A DNA stretch of 64,000 nt from a virus. Position numbers and translations under genes: made by a program. The notes beneath the pieces were generated by a model. It searched no databases and was not told the origin of the DNA. It saw only the letters and a list, made by a program, of their open reading frames with translations. The DNA is taken from positions 1 through 64,000 of the IMG/VR virus record IMGVR_UViG_3300029985_000017, one strand, 5' to 3'. Shown one piece after another: positions 35,251-45,075 of this stretch (position 1 is the first letter of the stretch; each line of letters opens with the position of its first letter).

Positions 35251-36180
35251 ATGAAAAAGAATGCTAAGACCTTCCTAGATAAAACTTTAGGAAGTGACTT
35301 TTTAGAGTCGCTTGGCACTTCTTTGTCAAAATCTGAAGTATATAAACAAGGTACTAGAACTGTTACAGATACAGATGATCTATTCCAAGGTTTGCAAATT
35401 GTACCTAGGGCATTGTTGAGTTTATTGGTTCGTGAATTATCCCCCATGCAAATTGGGGAAACTAAAGAAATTAGAATTCCTGGAAAAGAAGACACTATAG
35501 TTTCAGCTACAAAACATGAACGTGATTCATATTCTGGACAAGTAATACAAAATAATGTTAAAATAAATGATTTTTTGCATCGCTCACTACCTGGTCTTGG
35601 ATTAGTCTTAATGACCATGCTAGAATTGTATGATTTTGAAGATCTTGAAAAAAAGCCTTCTATTCATCAAGATAAACAAGCACAAGTTCAAAAAATAATT
35701 GACGATCGAATGCAACTCCATTCCCTTGTTAATCAGGTTGTAGATGGTAAAATGCTACAACGTGACGCCATAAATCAGTTACTTATGAGTAAATTGACAC
35801 AATTATTGCATGAACATGAACAAATTAAAGAAGACCATAAAGAAATTATGGCTGAAGCACCTAAAGAAAAGTCTCCAGTAGTTATAGTTTTAAAACCACA
35901 AAAAAAGTCTCTACCTCTTGCCAGTTTCGTAGAAAATAGAAAAAAGAAATTAACAAAGAAAGAATTTTTGGTAGATATTTGTAAGGGAGAAACAAGAGAA
36001 TGCCCAGATTGTGGGCATACTGTTTTTGATGGTTCCGGCCTCTCAAGCTGCATATGTTTTGGCGACTCTAAAAAAGTTTTCTTAAAAAAGACTGAAACTG
36101 GCATTAAGTTATCTTTTAGCCGCCAATGGGATGCAGAGAATATCTCTATGCTATTAGAAGTCTTGAGGAGCAAGTCATGA
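35251..36180 (+). CDS. probable head-associated protein with C-terminal zinc ribbon
   Basis: LSKSE, ICKGE; CPDC...CIC. Confidence 0.6.
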   Translation: MKKNAKTFLDKTLGSDFLESLGTSLSKSEVYKQGTRTVTDTDDLFQGLQIVPRALLSLLVRELSPMQIGETKEIRIPGKEDTIVSATKHERDSYSGQVIQNNVKINDFLHRSLPGLGLVLMTMLELYDFEDLEKKPSIHQDKQAQVQKIIDDRMQLHSLVNQVVDGKMLQRDAINQLLMSKLTQLLHEHEQIKEDHKEIMAEAPKEKSPVVIVLKPQKKSLPLASFVENRKKKLTKKEFLVDICKGETRECPDCGHTVFDGSGLSSCICFGDSKKVFLKKTETGIKLSFSRQWDAENISMLLEVLRSKS

Positions 36181-36677
36181 AAACTTGCAAAACCTGTAAA
36201 TTAGAAAAAGAAGATAGTTCTTATAGAATTTCTAAAAAAACAAAGAAACTTTTAAATCCTTGTTTTGACTGTAGAAAAAACATAAAAGAAGAATATAACA
36301 AAACTCATTTAGAAATTAATAATGCGACAAAAGATGCTTGGAAATTAAGAAATATAGATAAAGTAAGAGCCGCGAAAAAAAAATGGAAAGAAGAAAATAT
36401 AGGGAAAGTAAAAGCCGATAGGGCACGTAGAAAATTTCGCATAGAACAGGCAACACCTAAATGGCTTAGTTCTCAACAAATAGAAGCCATGGAATTCTTT
36501 TATTTATGGGCTGATCTTAGAAGTAAAAGCGGTGTAAAATATCATGTAGATCATATTATACCCATAGCAGGAAAAGATGTTTGCGGTCTCAATGTACCGT
36601 GGAATTTAGAAACTCTTAAAGAAGAAGAAAATCTTAAAAAAAGAAATAAATTGCTTTGGTGGAGGACAAATGGATAA
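36177..36677 (+). CDS. HNH homing endonuclease
   Basis: CKTC..CFDC; HVDHIIP...CGLNVPWNL...N..K.N; start after GAGGAG. Confidence 0.9.
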   Translation: MKTCKTCKLEKEDSSYRISKKTKKLLNPCFDCRKNIKEEYNKTHLEINNATKDAWKLRNIDKVRAAKKKWKEENIGKVKADRARRKFRIEQATPKWLSSQQIEAMEFFYLWADLRSKSGVKYHVDHIIPIAGKDVCGLNVPWNLETLKEEENLKKRNKLLWWRTNG

Positions 36678-38376
36678 TTCTAATACGTTCTTCGTATCTT
36701 TCGATGCAGATGACGCTGGCAGAAGAATAGGGCAAGCTATTTTAAATGATGACCCAGATTCTCTTAGGGATGCTTCACAAAAAATAGATCACGGTAACGA
36801 AATCGTAGCACAATGGGCACAAAAATATAATGGCGTACAGTACTCCTCTGGAGGAGATCAGGGTGTATGGTTAGTTCCAGTTGAAGCATTGCAGGAACTA
36901 GAATCCCTACGTAAAGACTATGAATTTGCTACTGGAATGACCATTTCAATAGGTGTTGCTGATACTCTTAGTGGCTCAGGAAGAAGTTTATTAGTCGCTA
37001 AAGTTAAAGGTAAAAACCAAATAGTTTTTTATGGTCCAGAAATAGAAAAAGAAATTCAACAAATTACTGAGAATGTTAGATCTGGACACGGTTCTTCAGA
37101 GGAACAAAAATTAGCAGAATCATATATAGAACCTACTCAGCATTCAGAGGCTTCCGATGATGATGAAGGCGTTGGACATGACCAAGTTCTTCCTACCGGT
37201 GCCGATGCTGCTCAAAATGAGCCTACTTTGTGTGAACCACCAAAAGACGATAATAATCGCGGCTATGATTCTGGATATAAAAATTCCGATGTAGAAGAGC
37301 GTAGGGATTCATATCAAGCTCAAGATCTAACGCCTCCTATTATTAGGAAACCAAACCTTACTCCTAAGCCTCGAGTGGAAGAAAGTTTTTCAACCGATAT
37401 ACCTGAAAGCGATAGAGTTATGAATAATGACCTACCTGATCCAAAAGATATGCCAGCAAAAGACTTAAAACCAGCCCCAAAAGACTATCATGGACAAGCG
37501 GAAGGTGCTCCCCCAGCTCCAGAAGGTTTGGCACAACCTATGCAAGGTAAGCCTAGCGACCTTAAATATAATGGCAATGACGAAAAGGGAATTCAAGAAC
37601 CCGACATGCCTAGGGAAAATGCTACTACGGATGAAGCCGAACAAACCGAAGAAAGTGATATGCTGGGAGATGATAAACATTGCCCTAGCTGCACCTGTGG
37701 CGCTCATGGGGATTCTGCAGAAGACACTTTAGATCAACACGTAGACAATGCTCAAGATTTCGCAGACGCTATTGGCAATGAACAAGAAGAAGATAGTGCT
37801 GAAGACACACTAGATGCTCATGTTAGTAATGCTAGCGAAATGAATGATGACATGGATGAAAACGGTGTTAGTCGTCCTGCTGATTACGATCAAAGAAATG
37901 AAGATATGGGTCTATCAGAAGAAGATGCTGATGACTCTAATTTAAACGACGTATTTAAAGATGGTTTAGATGCTCATGCAGACAGTATTCAACGTGAAAA
38001 AGTTGTTAATATGGTTGGTGAAGCTCTAGAAGCTTTCAAAGGCCAGAAAGCCATATTGGACAAAGCTAAAGCACAAGCCCCAGAACTTTATGATGCTTGT
38101 ATAGCCATGCTAAGAAGTATGATCGAACTTTGCTCGTTAGCTGGTATTGATGAAGGTCAAGCTGAGCAAGAAGTAAACGAAATCGAAGGCCAAAGTAAAG
38201 CTCCCGAAGAAGCTTCTGGTGAAGAAGGCGAAGGGTTTATACCTGAATCTGAAGATAATGGAGCTGAATCTGAAGAAGCCCCTGAATCAGAAGAAGGCGA
38301 ATCATGCCCTACTTGCGGAACACCACATGAAAAAGAAGCAGCTCCAGGAGGGGCTGCTCCATTCCCAAAAAAGTAA
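36670..38376 (+). CDS. mCpol (Cas10 palm/GGDEF-like) domain protein with long acidic region
   Basis: FVSFDADDAGRRI...SGGDQ...TISIGV...L.AK..GKNQI in the first 125 aa. Confidence 0.75.
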   Translation: MDNSNTFFVSFDADDAGRRIGQAILNDDPDSLRDASQKIDHGNEIVAQWAQKYNGVQYSSGGDQGVWLVPVEALQELESLRKDYEFATGMTISIGVADTLSGSGRSLLVAKVKGKNQIVFYGPEIEKEIQQITENVRSGHGSSEEQKLAESYIEPTQHSEASDDDEGVGHDQVLPTGADAAQNEPTLCEPPKDDNNRGYDSGYKNSDVEERRDSYQAQDLTPPIIRKPNLTPKPRVEESFSTDIPESDRVMNNDLPDPKDMPAKDLKPAPKDYHGQAEGAPPAPEGLAQPMQGKPSDLKYNGNDEKGIQEPDMPRENATTDEAEQTEESDMLGDDKHCPSCTCGAHGDSAEDTLDQHVDNAQDFADAIGNEQEEDSAEDTLDAHVSNASEMNDDMDENGVSRPADYDQRNEDMGLSEEDADDSNLNDVFKDGLDAHADSIQREKVVNMVGEALEAFKGQKAILDKAKAQAPELYDACIAMLRSMIELCSLAGIDEGQAEQEVNEIEGQSKAPEEASGEEGEGFIPESEDNGAESEEAPESEEGESCPTCGTPHEKEAAPGGAAPFPKK

Positions 38377-38403
38377 CGCCAGGGTCTGAAGAGGCTGCTG
38401 GCG
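38346..38403 (+). promoter_or_regulatory. programmed -1 ribosomal frameshift signal
   Basis: AGGAGG 38346-51; in-frame A_AAA_AAG 38367-73; hairpin CGCCAG-GGTCT/AGGCT-G-CTGGCG 38377-403. Confidence 0.7.
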
Positions 38404-38597
38404 GCGGCGTGGGATCAATAAAAAAGTTACCTACTAAGAATAGTACCCCACATATTGCCAAAGAAACTACGCCAGTTGGTGGAATTAATGCTAAGGGCCA
38501 AAAACGTTATAAAGATCCTACAACTGGTAAGGACGCCTATATCAACATGAAAAATGGTATGGTAATGGGACCTAGGGGTATTCCTGTTAAGGGCTAA
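38370..38597 (+). CDS. -1 frame C-terminal extension of the mCpol protein (includes track ORF 38409-38597)
   Basis: Frame open from the slippery site to TAA 38595-97. Confidence 0.65.
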   Translation, partial: KVTPGSEEAAGGGVGSIKKLPTKNSTPHIAKETTPVGGINAKGQKRYKDPTTGKDAYINMKNGMVMGPRGIPVKG

Positions 38598-38598
38598 T

Positions 38599-39465
38599 AT
38601 GATTAATATCAAATTAGATCCTTCATCACTTTTAGAAGCATGTAAAGAATCTTACAATGAAGTTAAGAAAGCCTTAACCAAATCTGTGACTAAACTTGCT
38701 AGTGCTGCAGAGACCCATTTGATCGAATTAACAAAAGAAGAATTAAATTCTCATCAATATAAAATGTTTGTGGGTGGAGACGATATGAAAAATATCGAAT
38801 TAACATCGCCAGATCCAAATGTTCATATTCTAACCATTAAAAATAAAGCGGTTCTTATAGATAATGGCGAAAGAATGGACATGAAAACCGATGATTGGCT
38901 TTTTAGTAGCTCCAAAACTAAAACTGGTAAAAAGGGTAAATATTTAGTTATTCCTTTTCAGCATGCTGAAAAAAATTCTAAATCTGAATCTGCAACTAAT
39001 AGACTTAAAATAGAACTTACCAATAGAATAAAAGAAGAACTAGATTTTCAAAATAGAAAAAGAAAAGCTAAAAAGCAACGCTCTATAAGCGTTGGTGGAA
39101 TAGAACGTTACCAAGAAGACTCTATGGGTCACAAAAAAGGCGAAATCATAGAAGGTAAACTTCATGAGTTTAACATCTTTGGCAGCAAGAAAAAGTCTCA
39201 TTGGTCAGATATGCCTTTAACCAGAGTAGGTGTTTATCAAAAGATAAAAAGAGATGATCAAGGAAATCCTGTCACGGATAAAAATGGCAAAGTAAAAGCT
39301 ATTCGTTCTTGGATGACCTTTAGAACTGCTTCAGAAGGGTCCCCAGATAAATTTTGGTATCCAGCACCTAAAACCAAAGATTTTTTAGCTAGAACTGGTG
39401 ATTGGGTTGAAAAAGAATTTTATGAAAACATAGTCCCAAATATCTTAAAAGAGTGGAAGGACTAA
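38599..39465 (+). CDS. neck/tail-completion-like basic protein
   Basis: YLVIPF.H and MTFRT.S....W..P motifs. Confidence 0.55.
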   Translation: MINIKLDPSSLLEACKESYNEVKKALTKSVTKLASAAETHLIELTKEELNSHQYKMFVGGDDMKNIELTSPDPNVHILTIKNKAVLIDNGERMDMKTDDWLFSSSKTKTGKKGKYLVIPFQHAEKNSKSESATNRLKIELTNRIKEELDFQNRKRKAKKQRSISVGGIERYQEDSMGHKKGEIIEGKLHEFNIFGSKKKSHWSDMPLTRVGVYQKIKRDDQGNPVTDKNGKVKAIRSWMTFRTASEGSPDKFWYPAPKTKDFLARTGDWVEKEFYENIVPNILKEWKD

Positions 39466-39468
39466 TTT

Positions 39469-40497
39469 ATGGGCGGTATATTTCAAACAGATGTTTTATT
39501 AAAAACGATATTAGAAGAATGGTTAGAAGACATTAAAAATAATCTATGGCTTTTAGATCATATTTTAGAAGATTTTGTTGATAGTCCATTACTTAGAACT
39601 AAATATGGACAAAAACAAATTCAGGCTGCTAAAGAGTACTTTACCAACAATAATGTAAATATATTTAATCAATTTGTTAAAGATAAAGATAAATTTCCAT
39701 GCATAGTATTAACTCTAGGCTCTTCAAATGAAGTTCAAGAGATGCGTACACTTGGAGATATAGATACACCTACAATTAATTTTTTACCACCAAATCTGGT
39801 GGGACAGAAGATACCTTATGTAGTTCCTCCATTTATTCCTTCTAGCTACGAGGCATCTACCGGTATAGTAACAGCCCCCATTGGTGTGGATATAGAGCCA
39901 GTGACTGCAGGCATGATTTTACTCAACCCAACTACTGGAACGGGTACTCCAGTTTTAAGTATTAATGGCCAAGAAATTTATGTTCAACCAAATGTACAAT
40001 TGGATACTAGTCAACTTGGAGTTGTACCACAGTACAGATTTTTCCAATCTAGACTAGGAAGAAGTTTCTTCGAAGAAAACTGGAATATTACGATCGCCAC
40101 AAATGATCCCCAATCTCTTCTATGGCTGTGGTCAATCGTGACCTATGGACTTTTAAGATATAGGGAGTACATGGAGCACAATGGGTTATTAGAAACACAT
40201 TTTAATAGTACAGATATTTTTAATCCCGAATTCTCTAATGCTGGTGCGGAAGAAATTTATTGTCGTCAAATAACCATGGCTGGCAAAGTATACAATAACT
40301 TTATCAGAGGACTGCATAGAAAAATTGAATCGGTAATACTTAGAGATACTAATCCTGCAGCCATCACTTTATCGGATCCATCAGGTTATGTAGGCGGAAT
40401 TAAATTCGTTTCAAATCAAGAGACTCCACCTGCACAGCAGAATCAAACTAATTGGTTTACCGTAACTCAAGCTGAAGATGAGGCAAATGAAGATTAA
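39469..40497 (+). CDS. tail terminator/sheath-stabiliser-like protein
   Basis: FPCI.L.L, IYCR.I motifs; upstream of sheath. Confidence 0.5.
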   Translation: MGGIFQTDVLLKTILEEWLEDIKNNLWLLDHILEDFVDSPLLRTKYGQKQIQAAKEYFTNNNVNIFNQFVKDKDKFPCIVLTLGSSNEVQEMRTLGDIDTPTINFLPPNLVGQKIPYVVPPFIPSSYEASTGIVTAPIGVDIEPVTAGMILLNPTTGTGTPVLSINGQEIYVQPNVQLDTSQLGVVPQYRFFQSRLGRSFFEENWNITIATNDPQSLLWLWSIVTYGLLRYREYMEHNGLLETHFNSTDIFNPEFSNAGAEEIYCRQITMAGKVYNNFIRGLHRKIESVILRDTNPAAITLSDPSGYVGGIKFVSNQETPPAQQNQTNWFTVTQAEDEANED

Positions 40498-40500
40498 ATC

Positions 40501-40508
40501 AATCTTTA
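40501..40508 (+). promoter_or_regulatory. late promoter motif AATCTTTA
   Basis: Recurrent motif. Confidence 0.7.
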
Positions 40509-40517
40509 TCTATATCT

Positions 40518-40919
40518 ATGCCATATAAATCAGATTCACAGCGCAGATGGGCTCACACCGAAGCAGGTAAAAAAGCTTTAGGCGGTGAGGCCAATGTACA
40601 TGAATGGGATGAGGCCACTAAAGGCAAAAAACTCCCTGAAAAAGTCAAAAAATCTGAAAATCTTACAAAATCCGTGCCAACTCCCCCAAAACTAGGCTCT
40701 ACCCTTGGTTCTACTTTAAGTGCTCCCCAAAATCAACCAAAAGATATTTCTAAGGCCGGTAAGCAAAACGTAACCGCTAAAATATCTAAGCCCAAAAAGC
40801 CAGGTGACGCTTTTGCTCCTCCCAGTGTCTTTTTTGGTAAATCCGAAGATTTTAATGGTCCTAAACACCCAAGTACGCGAAGACTATGGGATTTTATAAC
40901 AAAAAAACATAAAAAGTAA
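40518..40919 (+). CDS. basic internal head protein candidate
   Basis: MPYKS.SQRRW...EWD..T.GKKLPEKV; VKKSE, FGKSE. Confidence 0.65.
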   Translation: MPYKSDSQRRWAHTEAGKKALGGEANVHEWDEATKGKKLPEKVKKSENLTKSVPTPPKLGSTLGSTLSAPQNQPKDISKAGKQNVTAKISKPKKPGDAFAPPSVFFGKSEDFNGPKHPSTRRLWDFITKKHKK

Positions 40920-40958
40920 TAAAATCAATAAGTTAAAGGGTATAAAAAAATCAGAACT

Positions 40959-40966
40959 AATCTTTA
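40959..40966 (+). promoter_or_regulatory. late promoter motif AATCTTTA
   Basis: Recurrent motif; IHF-like AATCAATAAGTTA at 40923-40935. Confidence 0.7.
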
Positions 40967-40987
40967 AGAAGACAGGGAGTTCCTTTT

Positions 40988-42607
40988 ATGGCAGATGACA
41001 ACAAAAAGCTATTTACACCTCGTGAAGCTGCGCAAGCTGTGTTAGCTAAGACCTATGAGCTATTGTCTAAATCTGAAACTTTAAATAAATACGAGACAGA
41101 AAATCGTAAAGCACCCGGCGTTAAATACGGTAAAATTGAAAAAGATCAAAAACCTATTGAACGTGATTATCCAGAGTATGAAGTAAAGTCTGCGAGTTTT
41201 AAAGACTCTTCAGGAAAACGTCTTGAAAGGCAAGTTTCTCCAAGTGGTAATCCAAAAGAGGAAGCTGAAGGAAATAATAACGTAGACGGCATGGAACCAC
41301 GTTATGAATTTAAAGATAAAGTTAAGGGCGATCTAGCCAAAGAAAATGCCCAGCATATGGTTAAGTCTCAGTCAGGCATGCATACGGTTACATATAAAAT
41401 GCACAAAGCCGAAGATAAAGCTATGCCAAAACCCGATTTGGGTAAAGCTGAAACTGGACATGAAAAAGATGCTGAATTAGTGAATAACAATTATAAAAAA
41501 GAAAGAGCCCCAAACTTAAAAATGCCTAAACATAGAGAGACTAAACCAAAACTATCCCATGAACAAATGATGAATGTTAGCTGGGAGAAGCATAATTTGG
41601 CGGGCAATGTGCATAAAGAACATGCAAAAAAGTATCCAGAAAGTATTCCAGAAGCTAAGGCTATCAATGACAAACATAAAAAAGCTGCAGAGATGCATCA
41701 TGCATATTCTACAGCCAAAGCTAGTTTTCCAGATTACGATTATGAAAAATCTAATAGAGTAAAAAAAGAAGCTACTGAAAAAGCAAAAAAGCTTCATGAG
41801 GATCTTTCATCGATGGAAACTAGTGGCCATAAGGTTGGCCATGCGATAGAACATAAAAAATCAGAATCCAATATTTGCGATCTACATAAATCTGGCGAAC
41901 ATCAAATGCCTAAGCCCCATGCTTCTCATGAAGATATGATGAAGATGCCAAAAAATGCGCATGAAGAAAAAAGAGATTTTCATAATTCCGCTGAATCTAA
42001 AGAAGACAAGCTTCCACAAAATCCAGATAAAGAAGCTGATGCCGAACTTGGTGAAAAAGTAGAGCACGACGTAGAAGATCATTTTAAAGAAAATCAGGAA
42101 GCCGAAGCTAAAGAAGGACATGAACTCATGGCTAAACCAGAGAATAAATCTGAAAGTGAAACTGAAAAGTCCGTTATTCCTCGTTTAGTTCTTTCTGCTA
42201 AACTAAGCAAGTTTATGGAGCATATGCATTCTAAACGTAAAAATGCCGAAGCTCAATCGCCACAAGCCGTTGGCCATGAAGCCACTGACGCTCCGGCTCC
42301 TAGATCTACTGAAGCTGGACAGCCAATTGAAAAACGTGAAGGAGAAAGAGGAATACATCTTCCTCATTCTGAAACGGATATCGCTCCAGGATCTAAATTA
42401 AAGGGCGATATGGGCCAAAGCGGTGTGGGCTCTGATGTTCGCGATATGAAAAGGGATATAAAGCATCTTTCAAATAAAAAAACTAAGGGCGCGGATCGCA
42501 GAGAAACCATAGAACATCATGATATTAATAGAAATAGGGCAATAAATGAGCACAAACAAGTTCTTAGTGATATGAAAGCCATGCCGAAACCAAAGCTTCC
42601 AGGATAA
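40988..42607 (+). CDS. modular His/Lys/Glu-rich internal head protein
   Basis: LSKSE, MHKAE, LGKAE; modules shared with the 31393 protein and the prohead protease. Confidence 0.65.
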   Translation: MADDNKKLFTPREAAQAVLAKTYELLSKSETLNKYETENRKAPGVKYGKIEKDQKPIERDYPEYEVKSASFKDSSGKRLERQVSPSGNPKEEAEGNNNVDGMEPRYEFKDKVKGDLAKENAQHMVKSQSGMHTVTYKMHKAEDKAMPKPDLGKAETGHEKDAELVNNNYKKERAPNLKMPKHRETKPKLSHEQMMNVSWEKHNLAGNVHKEHAKKYPESIPEAKAINDKHKKAAEMHHAYSTAKASFPDYDYEKSNRVKKEATEKAKKLHEDLSSMETSGHKVGHAIEHKKSESNICDLHKSGEHQMPKPHASHEDMMKMPKNAHEEKRDFHNSAESKEDKLPQNPDKEADAELGEKVEHDVEDHFKENQEAEAKEGHELMAKPENKSESETEKSVIPRLVLSAKLSKFMEHMHSKRKNAEAQSPQAVGHEATDAPAPRSTEAGQPIEKREGERGIHLPHSETDIAPGSKLKGDMGQSGVGSDVRDMKRDIKHLSNKKTKGADRRETIEHHDINRNRAINEHKQVLSDMKAMPKPKLPG

Positions 42608-42611
42608 TAGT

Positions 42612-42878
42612 ATGGCTAAACAAGAATTTGAAAATAAAGAAATGTCCCTAGAAGAATCAAAAGCTTATCGTGCTTCTCTGTATAAAGAAGTTAAAAAGAC
42701 TCTTACTCAAAAACAAAAACGCGATGCTTTTAAGATTTATTGGACAGAAAATAAAAAGAAATACGGAATGACTGGAAAATTAGAGCAAGTCCTTTGGTTG
42801 CATCTAGTTAGCACTGGGAATGATAGTCCTGAGAATTTTGCTAAGGGACTACAAAATTTTGGAATTAAGAAAGTTTAA
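42612..42878 (+). CDS. hypothetical protein upstream of sheath
   Basis: AGGA RBS, late operon. Confidence 0.7.
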   Translation: MAKQEFENKEMSLEESKAYRASLYKEVKKTLTQKQKRDAFKIYWTENKKKYGMTGKLEQVLWLHLVSTGNDSPENFAKGLQNFGIKKV

Positions 42879-42892
42879 TAGGGAGAAATCAC

Positions 42893-45052
42893 ATGTCGCA
42901 AAGACTATCCACGACGTTCGTTAATACTAATGTTCCAGGAACATATGTTAATTATTCAGTACTTACGCAGCCTGTTGGGGTTACTTCCTCAGGTATAGCG
43001 GTTATCATGGGCGAAGCCGATGGTGGACCTAGCTTTAGCCAAACTACTTTAGCTGCTAGCCTTTATACGCCATCTCAGCTTCAGCAAATGACCCAAGTTT
43101 ATACTAGTGGTCAACTTGTTGACGGCTTTACGGCATTGTGTTCTCCTTCGAATGATGCTAATATCACGGGAACTGCTACTCAGATCTACGTTGTTAAAAC
43201 CAATACCGGTACTACAGCTACCGCTACCCTGCCTTCTTATGGTGACCTTAGTTACCTTAATTATGGTATTTTAGGCAATCAAACTCAGTATCAAGTTCTA
43301 TCTACGGCTGCAGAAGTTGCTCCTACGGTTACCGGGACCACGATCCCTGCTTTTGGAGCCCCTTTGAATGGCGCTAGTTTTACTATTCGTCTAAACGGTG
43401 GTGTTAGCCATATTATTACTTTGAGCGCAACGCCTTCTCTTCATAATAGCATTTCTACCTTGGTCACAGAACTTAATACTCTTTTAGTTGCTGTAACCGC
43501 TGCTCCTACCGGAATCACGGCTTCTCCAGGTACTCCTTTGAATACCCTCACTCTAACTGTTGGTGCTGATTCAAATGCTTATAGCGAAGGATGGGGAAAA
43601 TCGTTTGAATTGATTGATTCTACTCCCGGTGACTTGGCTGCTTTAGGTCTATCCCCAGGACTTACGATTTCTTCACAAGAAGCTGAAATTGAACAACAGA
43701 ACAGTAATTCTACTACCGGTACTAGTGAAACTCTAGCCGTTAACTCACAAATTGCTTTGTTGGTAGGTTATCAAGGTACTTCAGCAACTATCACTATTAC
43801 CAACGTGGCTTTAACTACGGCAGTAGTAGGTGGCGCTGGTATTGGTCTTAGTTTGACCTTAAGTGAATATTCCACGATTGGTCTATTGGCTTCCTTCATC
43901 AATTCTCAACCAGGATATACGGCGGCAGCTCTTCCTGCGGCTAGCAGCCAACCAGCAACTTCATTGGATGCTGTATCTGCTCAAGGAATTTGTTCTACCG
44001 AATCAGAACTTACACCAGGTAGAATTAAAATTGCTTTAGCTAATTATGAACAAGCTATGACTACTTCTAGGTTGCTTGCTTTTTCACCTACGGCAAGCGC
44101 TGGACTTCCGGCTCCTACGTCTGCTCCAGCCTATCTTGCTGGTGGCAGCAGAGGACCAACTTTGGCTATAGATATTGTGGATGCGCTTACGCTTCTTCAA
44201 AGTGTTAATTGTAATATCATTGTTCCATTGTTTTCTCAAAATGCTTCAGCAGATATCGCTGCCGGTCAAACGGATCCAAATTCAACCTACACGATTGCTG
44301 CAATTGATGCTCTATTGAAGAGCCATTGTTTGGAAATGAGCAACCCAAGTTTGAACAGGAATCGTATTTGTATCTTGTCAAATCTTGGCACATTTGCTGC
44401 AGCTGCTGCAACAGCTCAGACTTTGGCAAGCGATCGTTGTTCATTGACTTTCCAACAGGTAACGCAGGTTAATTCAACTGGAGTGGTCACGACCTTCCAG
44501 CCGTGGTATGCTGCATGTGTCGCAATGGGAATGCAACTTGGTGGTTTCTATAAAGCGATTGTTGGAAAATACGCTAATGTTATTAGCATTATCGATCCAT
44601 CAGATTACAATAACGGGAATCCAGGGGACACAAGCGAAGCTCTAACTGCTGGTTTGTTGCCATTGTATGAAGACGTTGGCGGCCCTAAGTGGGTTAGCGA
44701 TCAAACGACCTATAGCGTTGATGACAATTTCGTATACAATTCAATTCAGGCTATGTATGATGCTGACTTGATTGCTATTGACTTGAAATCTAGCTTCACG
44801 GATGCTTTCGTTGGTCAATCTCTTGCAGATGTTTCTGCTGCTTCAGCTTCAGCTTTCTTGACGCAAAAGATGGCTAGCTACATGCAATTGAAACTGATTG
44901 CTCCAAGCAATGGGGCTCCATTGGGATTCAACAATGCGAAGGTTTCCATTAACGCACCTACTATGACTATAGCGGTTAATATCTATCTTGCAACTGCGAT
45001 TTACTTTATTCCGATCAGCTTCACCATTTCAGCGGTTCAGCAATCGGCTTAA
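42893..45052 (+). CDS. contractile tail sheath protein
   Basis: PGTYV...IMGEADGG N-terminus; L.GG, HC..MS, GL, D.TTY, IYFIPI C-terminus. Confidence 0.9.
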   Translation: MSQRLSTTFVNTNVPGTYVNYSVLTQPVGVTSSGIAVIMGEADGGPSFSQTTLAASLYTPSQLQQMTQVYTSGQLVDGFTALCSPSNDANITGTATQIYVVKTNTGTTATATLPSYGDLSYLNYGILGNQTQYQVLSTAAEVAPTVTGTTIPAFGAPLNGASFTIRLNGGVSHIITLSATPSLHNSISTLVTELNTLLVAVTAAPTGITASPGTPLNTLTLTVGADSNAYSEGWGKSFELIDSTPGDLAALGLSPGLTISSQEAEIEQQNSNSTTGTSETLAVNSQIALLVGYQGTSATITITNVALTTAVVGGAGIGLSLTLSEYSTIGLLASFINSQPGYTAAALPAASSQPATSLDAVSAQGICSTESELTPGRIKIALANYEQAMTTSRLLAFSPTASAGLPAPTSAPAYLAGGSRGPTLAIDIVDALTLLQSVNCNIIVPLFSQNASADIAAGQTDPNSTYTIAAIDALLKSHCLEMSNPSLNRNRICILSNLGTFAAAAATAQTLASDRCSLTFQQVTQVNSTGVVTTFQPWYAACVAMGMQLGGFYKAIVGKYANVISIIDPSDYNNGNPGDTSEALTAGLLPLYEDVGGPKWVSDQTTYSVDDNFVYNSIQAMYDADLIAIDLKSSFTDAFVGQSLADVSAASASAFLTQKMASYMQLKLIAPSNGAPLGFNNAKVSINAPTMTIAVNIYLATAIYFIPISFTISAVQQSA

Positions 45053-45075
45053 TTTTAGAATAAGGAGAAATAAAA

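Noticed and set aside
36670-38376. CRISPR-Cas type III system suggested by the Cas10-like palm
   Set aside because: No repeat-spacer array or other cas genes are visible in the window.
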